Shown: positions 10,799 through 19,528 of the stretch, in pieces
Numbering within the stretch: position 1 is the first letter of the stretch
Layout: each line of letters starts with the position of its first letter
Assembly: GCA_042218115.1 (NCBI GenBank)
Contig: JBDGRJ010000035.1
Coordinates: 6,865 to 43,096 of the forward strand
Length of the DNA: 36,232 nt
DNA from: Minisyncoccia bacterium
Lineage (GTDB): Bacteria > Patescibacteriota > Patescibacteriia > Magasanikbacterales > UBA922
Direction: 5' to 3'
Notes under the pieces: generated by a model
Database searches by the model: none
The model's input: the letters and a program-made list of their open reading frames with translations, nothing else
What the model was told of the DNA's origin: nothing
Made by a program: the position numbers and the translations under genes

Positions 10799-10922
10799 AG
10801 ACCATTTGAAATACTATTCTAAATAAAGGTTCGAACATCTTCTGGGTTTCGCTGCCCCTTAGCCGGAGGTTCGCCTCGGCAGATGTTCTGCACCTATCTG
10901 AAATATACCTTTTCAATGGTCT
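10799..10922. repeat. 124-bp nested inverted-repeat element (MITE/REP-like or structured RNA)
   Basis: Terminal AGACCAT(T)TGAAA / TTTCAATGGTCT arms, inner AGGT/ACCT and GAACATCT/AGATGTTC stems, GC-rich apical hairpin GCCGGAGG-TTCG-CCTCGGC. Confidence 0.65.
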
Positions 10923-10933
10923 AGAATACTTTC

Positions 10934-11701
10934 TTAAACGCTAGTATTAATAACAAAAACTAACCACATGACTACGATTCCGCCAATAAAAGTAAGTAAT
11001 TGTAGTACGGATTTGCTCAAGTTCTGGTCCTTATGATGTAATTCCGGAATTAGATCAGCGCCGGCTATATAAACAAAATTTCCAACTGCTAACGGGACTA
11101 AAATCGAGCTTAAATTTTGAATATAGCTTCCCAATACTAATGCAACCAGAACCCCTAACACTGAAATAAGTGCTATCAAAAAATTCATTAACAAAGCCTT
11201 AACCCGAGAGTAACCACCGTGCAACAATACACCAAAGTCACCTATTTCTTGTGGTATTTCATGGATTACAACAGCTATAGTTGTCGCTATCCCTACTTCA
11301 ATATTAATCAAAAAACTTCCTCCGATAACCAATCCGTCCAAAAAATTATGAACCCCATCTCCAACTAAATTCATAATTGCAACCGGCTCAGGCTTGCATT
11401 CTTCACCATCGGTAATTGGATGATGGCAATGCCTCCACCTTACTACCTTTTCTACTAAGAACATTGTTACTATACCTGCTAAAATATACAGGGATATATC
11501 GACGGTAAAACCGTGTTTTTTCACTATTTTAGGAAGTAAATGTATAAAAGCCCCGCCAAAGAGTCCTCCGGCAGCGAAACTGACTAAGTATATCAGCCAC
11601 TTTTTTAGCTTTTCAGAAGCTACTGAAATAGTTAACACCCCGATAAATGATATGGAACTAACTATTACTACACTAGAAATAGCGTAAAGATAAGTCTGCA
11701 T
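10934..11701 (-). CDS. ZIP family (ZupT-like) divalent metal transporter
   Basis: Multiple TM helices, HCHH loop, DGVHNFLDG and HEIPQEIGD motifs. Confidence 0.93.
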   Translation of the reverse strand: MQTYLYAISSVVIVSSISFIGVLTISVASEKLKKWLIYLVSFAAGGLFGGAFIHLLPKIVKKHGFTVDISLYILAGIVTMFLVEKVVRWRHCHHPITDGEECKPEPVAIMNLVGDGVHNFLDGLVIGGSFLINIEVGIATTIAVVIHEIPQEIGDFGVLLHGGYSRVKALLMNFLIALISVLGVLVALVLGSYIQNLSSILVPLAVGNFVYIAGADLIPELHHKDQNLSKSVLQLLTFIGGIVVMWLVFVINTSV

Positions 11702-11719
11702 TTGTTTTTATAAATTAAT

Positions 11720-11744
11720 AAAACCCAAGCATATTATGCTTGGG
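11720..11744 (-). terminator. Rho-independent terminator of tRNA-Asn
   Basis: On the - strand, CCCAAGCAT-aat-ATGCTTGGG hairpin followed by TTTTATT, directly after the tRNA 3' end. Confidence 0.7.
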
Positions 11745-11747
11745 GAG

Positions 11748-11819
11748 CTCTCCGGGCCGGATTTGAACCGGCGACAAACTGGTTAACAGCCAGTTGCTCT
11801 ACCCCTGAGCTACCGGAGA
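11748..11819 (-). tRNA. trnN: tRNA-Asn (GUU), CCA not encoded
   Basis: Cloverleaf: TCTCCGG/CCGGAGA acceptor, GCTC/GAGC D-stem, ACTGG-CTGTTAA-CCAGT anticodon arm, GCCGG-TTCAAAT-CCGGC T-arm, discriminator G. Confidence 0.97.
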
Positions 11820-11835
11820 ATATTACTACAGCAAC

Positions 11836-11864
11836 ATAATATCATTTTGTTATAACTCTTTCAA
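11836..11864 (-). promoter_or_regulatory. Sigma70-type promoter of tRNA-Asn
   Basis: On the - strand, TTGAAA, 17-bp spacer, TGn-TATTAT. Confidence 0.7.
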
Positions 11865-11866
11865 CC

Positions 11867-12082
11867 CTAAAAATCGATTTCTATCTTAGAGAATTTGTTT
11901 ACCTTTGCCGCTAGGATTAAAGCTACTATACCCAAAATGACAAAAAGTGCGGCTACAAGATAGCTCAATAGTTCAGGGTAGATAAAAATAAGTACTCCTA
12001 CTCCGAGAGACAGTACTCCCTGAACGATTAAACCTCCTACGATATTTTTGATGAACTTAATCACCAGCTCAATCTTCTCCAT
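11867..12082 (-). CDS. Small two-TM membrane protein (DUF3096-like)
   Basis: Hydrophobic hairpin with GVLIFIYPELLSYLVA; TGATATAAT upstream. Confidence 0.7.
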   Translation of the reverse strand: MEKIELVIKFIKNIVGGLIVQGVLSLGVGVLIFIYPELLSYLVAALFVILGIVALILAAKVNKFSKIEIDF

Positions 12083-12137
12083 AATTTGTTATTAATAATT
12101 ACATTAAAATTATATCATATTTAAAGTTAACTAAAAA

Positions 12138-13448
12138 CTAAACTGAGCTCTGAATAAAGTCTTGTTGAATATTATGAAGCGCCTCCTCATCTTTATCATT
12201 TAAAAGAGACAGAACATCTTTCGATTTGGATCTTAGCTTTTTGTCTATCTTACTTATCTTTTGATCAACTAATAAAGATTTTTTATTAAAACCCTTCAAA
12301 TACAACCCCTCTAAACATCTCAAACGAGATAAAGCAACATACCCCATTCCTTTAATAAAACACTTTCTAAGGTCTATCTCCGCCTTATCCAAGCTCATAC
12401 CCTGACTCTTATGAACCGTTATTGCCCAAGCTAGCTTAAGGGGTATTTGCTCTACTTCTGCTTTTATCTCTCCGGCCTCTTTAAGCTTCCATTTTTTCGG
12501 AGTTACCGTAATTTTATCGCCAGACTCAGTCTCTACTACGGGATAGTTTGTTATATCCTTAAAAGCGACAATTTTACCCAATGTTCCGTTGACGTACCCT
12601 TTATCAAAGTTGTTTTTAATAAACATAACATATGCACCTTTCTTTAGGATTAGCTTTTCTTTAGCTAAACAGTTCTTTTTTAAGATATCTACAAGCTTTG
12701 AGTCACCCTTTGAACTCATTTTGTATTCAAAACTGTTCGTATTTAAATCCTCTAACTTTCTTAAATTAATTTTGTCTACGTCTTTATTGTGAGTATATAA
12801 TCTTGTTATGTTTTCCTCGTCGTGTTTAATTTCGGATCTTTTATTTAAATACTGTCTTGCTTTTTTATCTATACTATTTGATCTAATTTTGGACAGAAGC
12901 TTATATAAATCACTATCTTTATGTCGAAACTGGTCAGTTAAATAACAAACTTTAATATCCATATCTCTCCAAATATGAGATTTAAAAACGAAGTCTGTAT
13001 TTTTTTGTTTAGATACCGGTGGCAGCTGATAAAAATCACCCGACAAGACTACCTGCATACCACCAAAAGGCAGCTTACTCTCCTTAAATGCTTTACATAT
13101 ACGGTCGATCATATCTAGCTGATTCGCAGTCAACATGGACACCTCATCAATTATCAGGACTCTAGTTCCGTCAAAATGTTTGTGTAAATATTTCCTGTCT
13201 AAAAGATGGGAGATATCTCTATCTGATAAAGTATTGTTGACACCCATACCGGACCAAGAGTGTATGGTAACACCATCTATGTGGGTTGCTGCTATCCCGG
13301 TAGAAGCGGTGATAGCAGTTTTTACTCCTTTATCTTCTAAAAAATCAATATACTTTTGTAATAAGTAGGTTTTTCCCGAACCGGCTTCACCAGTTAAAAA
13401 AACATTATTACCTGTTTTTAGAATCTCAAATGCTTCTTCTTGTTTCAT
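12138..13448 (-). CDS. PIF1 family (SF1B) DNA helicase
   Basis: TGEAGSGKT, ASTGIAA, IIDEVSM, GDFYQLPPV, LAWAITVHKSQG, YVALSR. Confidence 0.93.
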   Translation of the reverse strand: MKQEEAFEILKTGNNVFLTGEAGSGKTYLLQKYIDFLEDKGVKTAITASTGIAATHIDGVTIHSWSGMGVNNTLSDRDISHLLDRKYLHKHFDGTRVLIIDEVSMLTANQLDMIDRICKAFKESKLPFGGMQVVLSGDFYQLPPVSKQKNTDFVFKSHIWRDMDIKVCYLTDQFRHKDSDLYKLLSKIRSNSIDKKARQYLNKRSEIKHDEENITRLYTHNKDVDKINLRKLEDLNTNSFEYKMSSKGDSKLVDILKKNCLAKEKLILKKGAYVMFIKNNFDKGYVNGTLGKIVAFKDITNYPVVETESGDKITVTPKKWKLKEAGEIKAEVEQIPLKLAWAITVHKSQGMSLDKAEIDLRKCFIKGMGYVALSRLRCLEGLYLKGFNKKSLLVDQKISKIDKKLRSKSKDVLSLLNDKDEEALHNIQQDFIQSSV

Positions 13449-13501
13449 GTTATCGATTGGTTTTAAAATATTATATAATAAATACCGGATTAATAAAGAA
13501 T

Positions 13502-14974
13502 ATGACCAGGGCTATAAAAGATTTTTTTGTAAAAAAACTGCAAATAAACGAAGATGGAAAATATAATTTCTCTATTTATATTTTCAAAAGAGCTTTAGCT
13601 GTTATATATTTCATCGCTTTTCTTTCTTTTTTGTTTCAGGCTGAAGGATTAATTGGAAGTAGTGGCATATTGCCTGCTGTTGAGTATTTCAAATTAATCA
13701 AATCCAAACTTGGCTTATTCCAAGCATTAGTATTTAAACCTTCAATATTTCTGTTCTTCACCAGTGATTTTGTCATTAAACTAGTCCCGACCCTGGGGGT
13801 CATATTCTCAGTTATTTTATTTTTTAATATACACGAAAGAATAGTACTGTTTATACTTTATATCTTATATTTATCAATTACTGTAGGAGGGCAACAGTTT
13901 ATGGCTTTTCAATGGGATAGTTTATTACTAGAAGCAGGCTTTCTTGCAATTTTTCTACAATACAACTCTTCTCTAGCTGTTTGGTTATTCAGATGGTTAT
14001 TATTTAGGTTGATGTTCGGGTCAGGTATTTCTAAGCTTATGAGTGGAGATAGTCTATGGTGGAACTTAACTGCTTTAAAACACCACCACCTGACTCAGCC
14101 TCTTCCCACCTTCTTAGCTTGGTACTTTGATAAAATGCCTTTATGGTTTCATAAGTTATCAACTGGCTTTGTCCTTGCTATAGAATTAATCGTGCCGTTT
14201 TTTTACTTTCTACAGAATAAATTTAGAGCAGCTGCAGGAGTTATAACTGTAATACTAATGGCCCTGATTTCTCTAACAGGTAATTATACCTTGTTTACAT
14301 TCCTTACAGCCTCTTTAGTTCTATTTTTAATAAATAATTTTCAATGGTCCCGACTTATTAAACCACTTTGGATACAAAAAGTACTCAATCGAATAAAAAG
14401 ACATTCTTCTAATTTAAAAGCTTACTTAGCCCCTGTTGTAGGTTCATTAATTTTTTTGTTCAGCTTGCTATTGTTTAGTAGACAACTGCAGATTAACCCG
14501 ATCGATGTAATCTCACTGCTGAGACCGGTTCAATCATATAGAATCGTAAATACTTACGGCCTATTTGCAAATATGACACACCCAAGGTACGAAATTATCA
14601 TCCAAGGATCAAGAAACGGAAAAAATTGGAAGAACTATGACTTCAAATATAAGCCCGGAGAACTATCTGAACCACCTACATGGGTTCAGCCTCATCAACC
14701 GCGCTTGGACTGGCAGATGTGGTTCGCTTCATTAAGTAGCTTTGAAAGACAGGTATGGTTCCAAAGGTTTATAATCAAGTTAATGCAAAACTCTCCTCCC
14801 GTAGTCGATCTACTAGAAAAAAACCCTTTCCCTATACACCCACCACAATACATCAGGGCAGTTAAGTATAAATATGAGTTTACTGATTTTAATAGCACCA
14901 AATGGTGGAAAAGAGAGCGAGTAGGTATATACTTACCTACTGTCTCAAAAAAGAGACTATTAAAGCTTAATTAA
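13502..14974 (+). CDS. Lipase maturation factor (LMF1) family membrane protein (probable start ATG 13502)
   Basis: FQWDSLLLEAGFL, FRLMFGSG, TQPLP, GNY, YGLFA, PHQPRLDWQMWFA. Confidence 0.9.
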   Translation: MTRAIKDFFVKKLQINEDGKYNFSIYIFKRALAVIYFIAFLSFLFQAEGLIGSSGILPAVEYFKLIKSKLGLFQALVFKPSIFLFFTSDFVIKLVPTLGVIFSVILFFNIHERIVLFILYILYLSITVGGQQFMAFQWDSLLLEAGFLAIFLQYNSSLAVWLFRWLLFRLMFGSGISKLMSGDSLWWNLTALKHHHLTQPLPTFLAWYFDKMPLWFHKLSTGFVLAIELIVPFFYFLQNKFRAAAGVITVILMALISLTGNYTLFTFLTASLVLFLINNFQWSRLIKPLWIQKVLNRIKRHSSNLKAYLAPVVGSLIFLFSLLLFSRQLQINPIDVISLLRPVQSYRIVNTYGLFANMTHPRYEIIIQGSRNGKNWKNYDFKYKPGELSEPPTWVQPHQPRLDWQMWFASLSSFERQVWFQRFIIKLMQNSPPVVDLLEKNPFPIHPPQYIRAVKYKYEFTDFNSTKWWKRERVGIYLPTVSKKRLLKLN

Positions 14975-15165
14975 CCCTGATTTTGGTCTTGCAGCTCATC
15001 CTGATCTCCGTGCTCAGGTAAGTTTTCTGAGTCTTTTTTTAACTCTCTGCCCTCTTCATGTTCAGGAAGCCCCTCCGGACTGTTAGCCAGCTCACCCTCT
15101 GTTTCGTGTTCAGGTAAATTACCGTTGAGTTCTCCGTTATTAGTAATCTGATCATCTTCCGACAT
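14971..15165 (-). CDS. Small acidic protein with three 16-aa LPEH-x4-EL repeats
   Basis: ATG 11 bp after the thiI stop; protein-level repeat conserved while the codons differ synonymously. Confidence 0.7.
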   Translation of the reverse strand: MSEDDQITNNGELNGNLPEHETEGELANSPEGLPEHEEGRELKKDSENLPEHGDQDELQDQNQG

Positions 15166-15176
15166 AGGATATTGTA

Positions 15177-16340
15177 TTAATTATTAATAGTTTTATGTTC
15201 CATTTTTTCAATTGCCTCATTTCTTAGCTGATCCAGATCCAGATTTTGCTCGACCTCTCTTATCTGTTCTAGCTCAGCTCTAGTTTCAGGGTGATCGGCT
15301 ACCATATAAGTACAGCAGTCTTCTACATCCTCAATTGACACCTCATAAGTGCCGAGCTCTTTTGCTTTATCTGTTATTTCTTGTTTGTGTGATCCTACAT
15401 TAGGGCGATAAATTGGTAGCTGAGTCGCTGCAGAGGTTACTCTCATATTTTCTAAGGTTTGTGATGCAACCTGACCTACACTTTCCCCTGTAACTAAACC
15501 TTTAATTCCTTCTTTTTCAGCTATCATCTCAGAAAGACGAAACATCTCTCTGCGATAAAGTAATAATCTATATTTCTCATCTATTAACTTGATGATCTCT
15601 TTTTGTATATCATGTAAATTAACAAAATATACATCTAATTCAGACTGCCATTCTGATAGTTTTTTAATAATTCTCTCGACATTTACCTGCACTTTTTTAT
15701 CAGTAAAAGGAAAAGAATGGAAATGGCAAAAATCAACTTTACATCCTCGCCTCATCATCTTCCATGAAGCTACTGGTGAGTCAATCCCAGAAGAAACCAA
15801 GGACAGCACTCTACCGGTCGAGCCTACTGGAAGCCCCCCAGATCCTTCTATTTTTTGATCGTAAACAAAAGCATAGTCCTCCACTATCTCAATATACAAA
15901 GTCCGCTCAGGCTGGTCCAGATCCACACTGGCATCTGATCTTGTATCTATATAACCGCCGACCTCATCATTCACTTGTTGTGAACTTTGTTCAAAGTCTT
16001 TATTGGCTCGATTTGTATCCACTGCAAAAGTATCGAAGTCTCTTTTCCTAAGCCTGTTCCAGGATATTTGTTTAATTTTTTCAATGTCTTGTTGGACATT
16101 TACACAAAAAGAGAAGTTTGCAATGCCGGGCACCTGCTTCAATCTACGTTTATATTCTTTCTTATCCGCCCCCTCTTTTAGCTTAATTGCTATTCTGCCT
16201 AATATTTTGATTACCTTACTGTGTTGATCCAAATCGGACAAAGATTGTTCTATATTTTCTATCAACTTATCTTCAAAATAAGATCGATTCCTCCCTTTCA
16301 GGTATATCTCACTATAATGAATTAGTATATGACTAACCAT
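15177..16340 (-). CDS. thiI: tRNA 4-thiouridine(8) synthase, no rhodanese domain
   Basis: EIYLKGRNR, THUMP domain, GGLPVG, SSGIDS PP-loop, GESVGQVASQT, EDCC. Confidence 0.95.
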   Translation of the reverse strand: MVSHILIHYSEIYLKGRNRSYFEDKLIENIEQSLSDLDQHSKVIKILGRIAIKLKEGADKKEYKRRLKQVPGIANFSFCVNVQQDIEKIKQISWNRLRKRDFDTFAVDTNRANKDFEQSSQQVNDEVGGYIDTRSDASVDLDQPERTLYIEIVEDYAFVYDQKIEGSGGLPVGSTGRVLSLVSSGIDSPVASWKMMRRGCKVDFCHFHSFPFTDKKVQVNVERIIKKLSEWQSELDVYFVNLHDIQKEIIKLIDEKYRLLLYRREMFRLSEMIAEKEGIKGLVTGESVGQVASQTLENMRVTSAATQLPIYRPNVGSHKQEITDKAKELGTYEVSIEDVEDCCTYMVADHPETRAELEQIREVEQNLDLDQLRNEAIEKMEHKTINN

Positions 16341-16349
16341 AATCTAAAA

Positions 16350-17270
16350 TTAAAACCCTAAATGAAACCCCTTATTACAGCTTTCTTTCAGTAGATTCAC
16401 GTCTTCTTTGGTTAAAACCAGGTTTGTTAAGATCTGTTCACTTTTCTTTGGGTACATTACTGAGCTCTTATTTCCATCTGCATGTTTTAGCCCTAGCGCA
16501 TGCCCCATATGGTGCATCAACTTAAGTTTCAAGGTCTCGGGGGTGCGGAAACTATAGATATTAATCTTATTTTCCTTCAAATTATCTCGGTTGAACTTCT
16601 CTTGTTGTCCAAATTTATTCTTAAATGTATTTACACCGGTATCTCTATTTTTAGTCTTTAATTCCAGTTCACCTTTAATCTCTTTAACTTTTTGAGCCAA
16701 CTGTTTGGCCTCTTTTTTCTTTTGTTCAATTTTTTTATCCAAACTCTCAAATCGTTCTTGTTTCTTCTGTAGCTGCTCGTATTTTTCTTGGTCAAAGTCT
16801 TCTTGCTGTTCCAATTTTTTAATCTCACGATTATACTCCTTCGATAGCCTATTATACCTATCCACCATATTGTTATAATCATCTGAGGCTTGATCATATT
16901 TTCGAGCAAATTTGTCCCTTTTTTGTTTGAGTTCTTTTAGCTGTTTTTCAAACGGGCTTAGAGCTTTTCCTTTAAATTCAGTCAAATTATCATCGTACAC
17001 TAAATTTATACTAAACTCTGCCTGGGGGTTATAGTTAAATAAATCAACATTTATCTGCTCTTCCCACTTGTTTTCCGATTTTTTTACCATATTTTTAAAT
17101 ACCTTATCACCTAGAGGAAACTCACTGTCGACTTTAGCTACCTTATACTCAAGGGTCTTACAAGGGCTTGTATATAATGGTATACTCCCCGATCCTGTAT
17201 ACTGCAGATAAAAGTAGTACCCGCCCCCTGTTAGAATTAATATTGAAACTAGAGCTAAGATTTTTTTCAT
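16350..17270 (-). CDS. Membrane-anchored matrixin (M10)-like protein with coiled-coil insert; catalytic Glu replaced by His
   Basis: N-terminal TM, HHMGHALGLKH (cf. HExxHxxGxxH), SVMYP Met-turn. Confidence 0.8.
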   Translation of the reverse strand: MKKILALVSILILTGGGYYFYLQYTGSGSIPLYTSPCKTLEYKVAKVDSEFPLGDKVFKNMVKKSENKWEEQINVDLFNYNPQAEFSINLVYDDNLTEFKGKALSPFEKQLKELKQKRDKFARKYDQASDDYNNMVDRYNRLSKEYNREIKKLEQQEDFDQEKYEQLQKKQERFESLDKKIEQKKKEAKQLAQKVKEIKGELELKTKNRDTGVNTFKNKFGQQEKFNRDNLKENKINIYSFRTPETLKLKLMHHMGHALGLKHADGNKSSVMYPKKSEQILTNLVLTKEDVNLLKESCNKGFHLGF

Positions 17271-17273
17271 ATT

Positions 17274-18080
17274 TTATTTATAAATTTTATCTAAATTTTT
17301 AACTATATCCGTAGCAGTAAAGGTTCGGCCAAACTCCTGGTTTAGATAATCTCCTACTGCCCCATTTAAATATGCCCCCATACATGCCGATCTAAATAAA
17401 CCATATCCTTGAGCGACAAAGCCAGCTATTAAACCGGCTAGCACATCACCCGTCCCCCCTTTGGTCATGACAGGATTGCCGGTTTTGTTATGTTTAATTC
17501 TATCTGATGAAATAATTTTGTCAATTTCTTCTTTTTTCAAAACTATATTATTACTTAAGAAATTCTGTAGCTCATCTTTTTGAATATCCGAGTTTACTAA
17601 CAGTTTTTTTAGCTCTTGTTCGTGTGGGGTAAAAATAGAATTATTGATATTTCTTAAATCTACTGCTCTTATTGCACCCGCATCAATTACTTTTGGTAGG
17701 CTTTTAGCTTCATGAATAGTTTTTTTGGCAAAGGATTGAGATTCTTTTGAGAGGCCGGGGCCTATCAGTAGTACGTCAGCTGAGCTTATCTCCTCTTTTA
17801 CTCTGTTTAGGTGTTTATTTTGTAATCTATCACCACCTAACTTGATTGTGATCGCTTCCGGTAATTTATTATTAATCAACCAACCCATCTGTTCAGGGCA
17901 ACAAACAACAGACAAGTCAGCACCGCTTCGAAGCACAGCCTCACAGGCAGTTGCAGTCATGACAGCTGCTCCACTATAATCTTTTGAGCCGGCTATTATC
18001 AATACCTTTCCGTAGTCCCCCTTATGAGCACTTGGTTTCCTCGGTTTAGTTTTTAAAACTTCTTCCGTTAAATACTCCAT
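17274..18080 (-). CDS. nnrD: ADP-dependent NAD(P)H-hydrate dehydratase
   Basis: HKGDYGKVLIIAGS, IGPGL, TPHEQE, GGTGDVLAG. Confidence 0.92.
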   Translation of the reverse strand: MEYLTEEVLKTKPRKPSAHKGDYGKVLIIAGSKDYSGAAVMTATACEAVLRSGADLSVVCCPEQMGWLINNKLPEAITIKLGGDRLQNKHLNRVKEEISSADVLLIGPGLSKESQSFAKKTIHEAKSLPKVIDAGAIRAVDLRNINNSIFTPHEQELKKLLVNSDIQKDELQNFLSNNIVLKKEEIDKIISSDRIKHNKTGNPVMTKGGTGDVLAGLIAGFVAQGYGLFRSACMGAYLNGAVGDYLNQEFGRTFTATDIVKNLDKIYK

Positions 18081-18422
18081 TTAATATTCCCATTCTTGTG
18101 GAAAAAGCAAATTACCATCTTTATCATACAGATAGATAGCGAACGTAGGGCAAGATTTAGCAGCTTTTATTATATCATCTTCTTCGTTTCCGTCCGGGTC
18201 CTGAACATAAGCTAAATTCTCATCGTCGATAGCAAAAACCTCCGGAGCGGCTTGTACACAAGTTTTTGCACCTATACAAGAGTTTCTATCTACCACAATT
18301 CTACGTACTTTTCCTCCTTCTCTAAGCTTCATTGAAACTTTTTCTGGTAGATCATCCGGCAGCTTTACTTCTCCATCTTCATTTTGAGGTAAGGGTTCCG
18401 CTTGTTTTTTATCTTCTTCCAT
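18081..18422 (-). CDS. Single-cluster ferredoxin, probably [3Fe-4S]
   Basis: CIGAKTC...CP motif with Ala at the second Cys position. Confidence 0.88.
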   Translation of the reverse strand: MEEDKKQAEPLPQNEDGEVKLPDDLPEKVSMKLREGGKVRRIVVDRNSCIGAKTCVQAAPEVFAIDDENLAYVQDPDGNEEDDIIKAAKSCPTFAIYLYDKDGNLLFPQEWEY

Positions 18423-18427
18423 GTTAT

Positions 18428-19153
18428 TTAAGTTATATCGTCATACCCTTCAGCCTCAACCTTTTCAGCCAAACTATAATCCCCCTGTCTAACCAGTTGC
18501 CCTTCTTTCATAATATGAACTGTATCCGGCTCAATATACTCTAATATGCGTTTATAGTGTGTAATTAATAAAATACCTTTGTCAGGTGAGCTGAAGTTAT
18601 TTAGACCTTCTGCTACTGTTTTAAGAGCGTCTACATCCAGCCCAGAGTCAGTTTCATCTAATATCGCATACTTAGGGTCTAGCATAAGTAGCTGCAGGAT
18701 TTCTGACTTTTTCTTTTCTCCGCCTGAAAAGCCATCATTGATAGATCTATCTGCAAACTCGGGGTCGATACCCATATCCTTCATTTTTTGTTTTAGTTCG
18801 TCTTGGAACTTCATAGGGTTTACCTCCTCATCATATAAAGACTCTCTGGCGGTTCTCAAAAAATTTGAAATTCCCAAGCCCTCAATCTCAGGAGGATACT
18901 GTAGAGATAGAAATAATCCTGCTTGCGCTTTCTCATCAGACTCCGACTCTGTAATATCTTGTTCGTCTAACTTTATAGTGCCCTCTATAATTTCATAGCC
19001 CGGATGCCCCATCAAGGAGTTAGCTAAAGTTGATTTTCCGGACCCATTTGGGCCCATTATAGCATGTATCTCTCCAGGTTTTAGCTTTAAATCAACCCCT
19101 TTTATTATTTTTTCTTCTCCGGCCTCTACTTCCAGATCTTGTATTTTAAGCAT
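18428..19153 (-). CDS. sufC: Fe-S cluster assembly ATPase SufC
   Basis: MGPNGSGKST, FSGGEKKK, LDETDSGLDVD, ITHY. Confidence 0.97.
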   Translation of the reverse strand: MLKIQDLEVEAGEEKIIKGVDLKLKPGEIHAIMGPNGSGKSTLANSLMGHPGYEIIEGTIKLDEQDITESESDEKAQAGLFLSLQYPPEIEGLGISNFLRTARESLYDEEVNPMKFQDELKQKMKDMGIDPEFADRSINDGFSGGEKKKSEILQLLMLDPKYAILDETDSGLDVDALKTVAEGLNNFSSPDKGILLITHYKRILEYIEPDTVHIMKEGQLVRQGDYSLAEKVEAEGYDDIT

Positions 19154-19158
19154 GTTAT

Positions 19159-19527
19159 TTATTTATCTGATAAAGCTTTTTTTGCGGTACTGAAAGCTAG
19201 TAGTGCACATTTCTCTCGGGTATAATCAATCGGTATTTCCAGCAGATCAAGCATATCATTTTTATTAAATGCTTTTACCTGATTTATATTTTTTTGTTTT
19301 ATTTCCTCTGTAAAAAGTGAGGACGCTGCTTGTGAGATAGCACAACCTACTCCTTCCCAGCCTACCTTATTAATTTTACCTTCTTCGAGCTCTAAAAACA
19401 ACTCTATCTTGTCACCACAATGAGGGTTTAGACCTTCTTCTTTTATATCAAACTGAGATAACCTCTCCTTATTTTTGGGGTTTCTATTTAGATTTAGAAT
19501 AAATTCTCTATAAACTTTAGAATCCAT
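19159..19527 (-). CDS. sufU: SufU/IscU-type Fe-S scaffold or sulfur-transfer protein (probable start ATG 19527)
   Basis: NPHCGD, GCAISQA and REKCALL motifs (three Cys plus Asp). Confidence 0.9.
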   Translation of the reverse strand: MDSKVYREFILNLNRNPKNKERLSQFDIKEEGLNPHCGDKIELFLELEEGKINKVGWEGVGCAISQAASSLFTEEIKQKNINQVKAFNKNDMLDLLEIPIDYTREKCALLAFSTAKKALSDK

Positions 19528-19528
19528 C

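Noticed and set aside
10799-10922. SRP 4.5S RNA
   Set aside because: The - strand has TCCGGCTAAGGGGCAGC, superficially similar, but the conserved CAGG...GNRA...AGCAG helix-8 geometry is not satisfied.
11748-11819. tRNA-anchored integrative element or prophage
   Set aside because: No integrase, no duplicated tRNA 3' end and no phage genes seen in the window.
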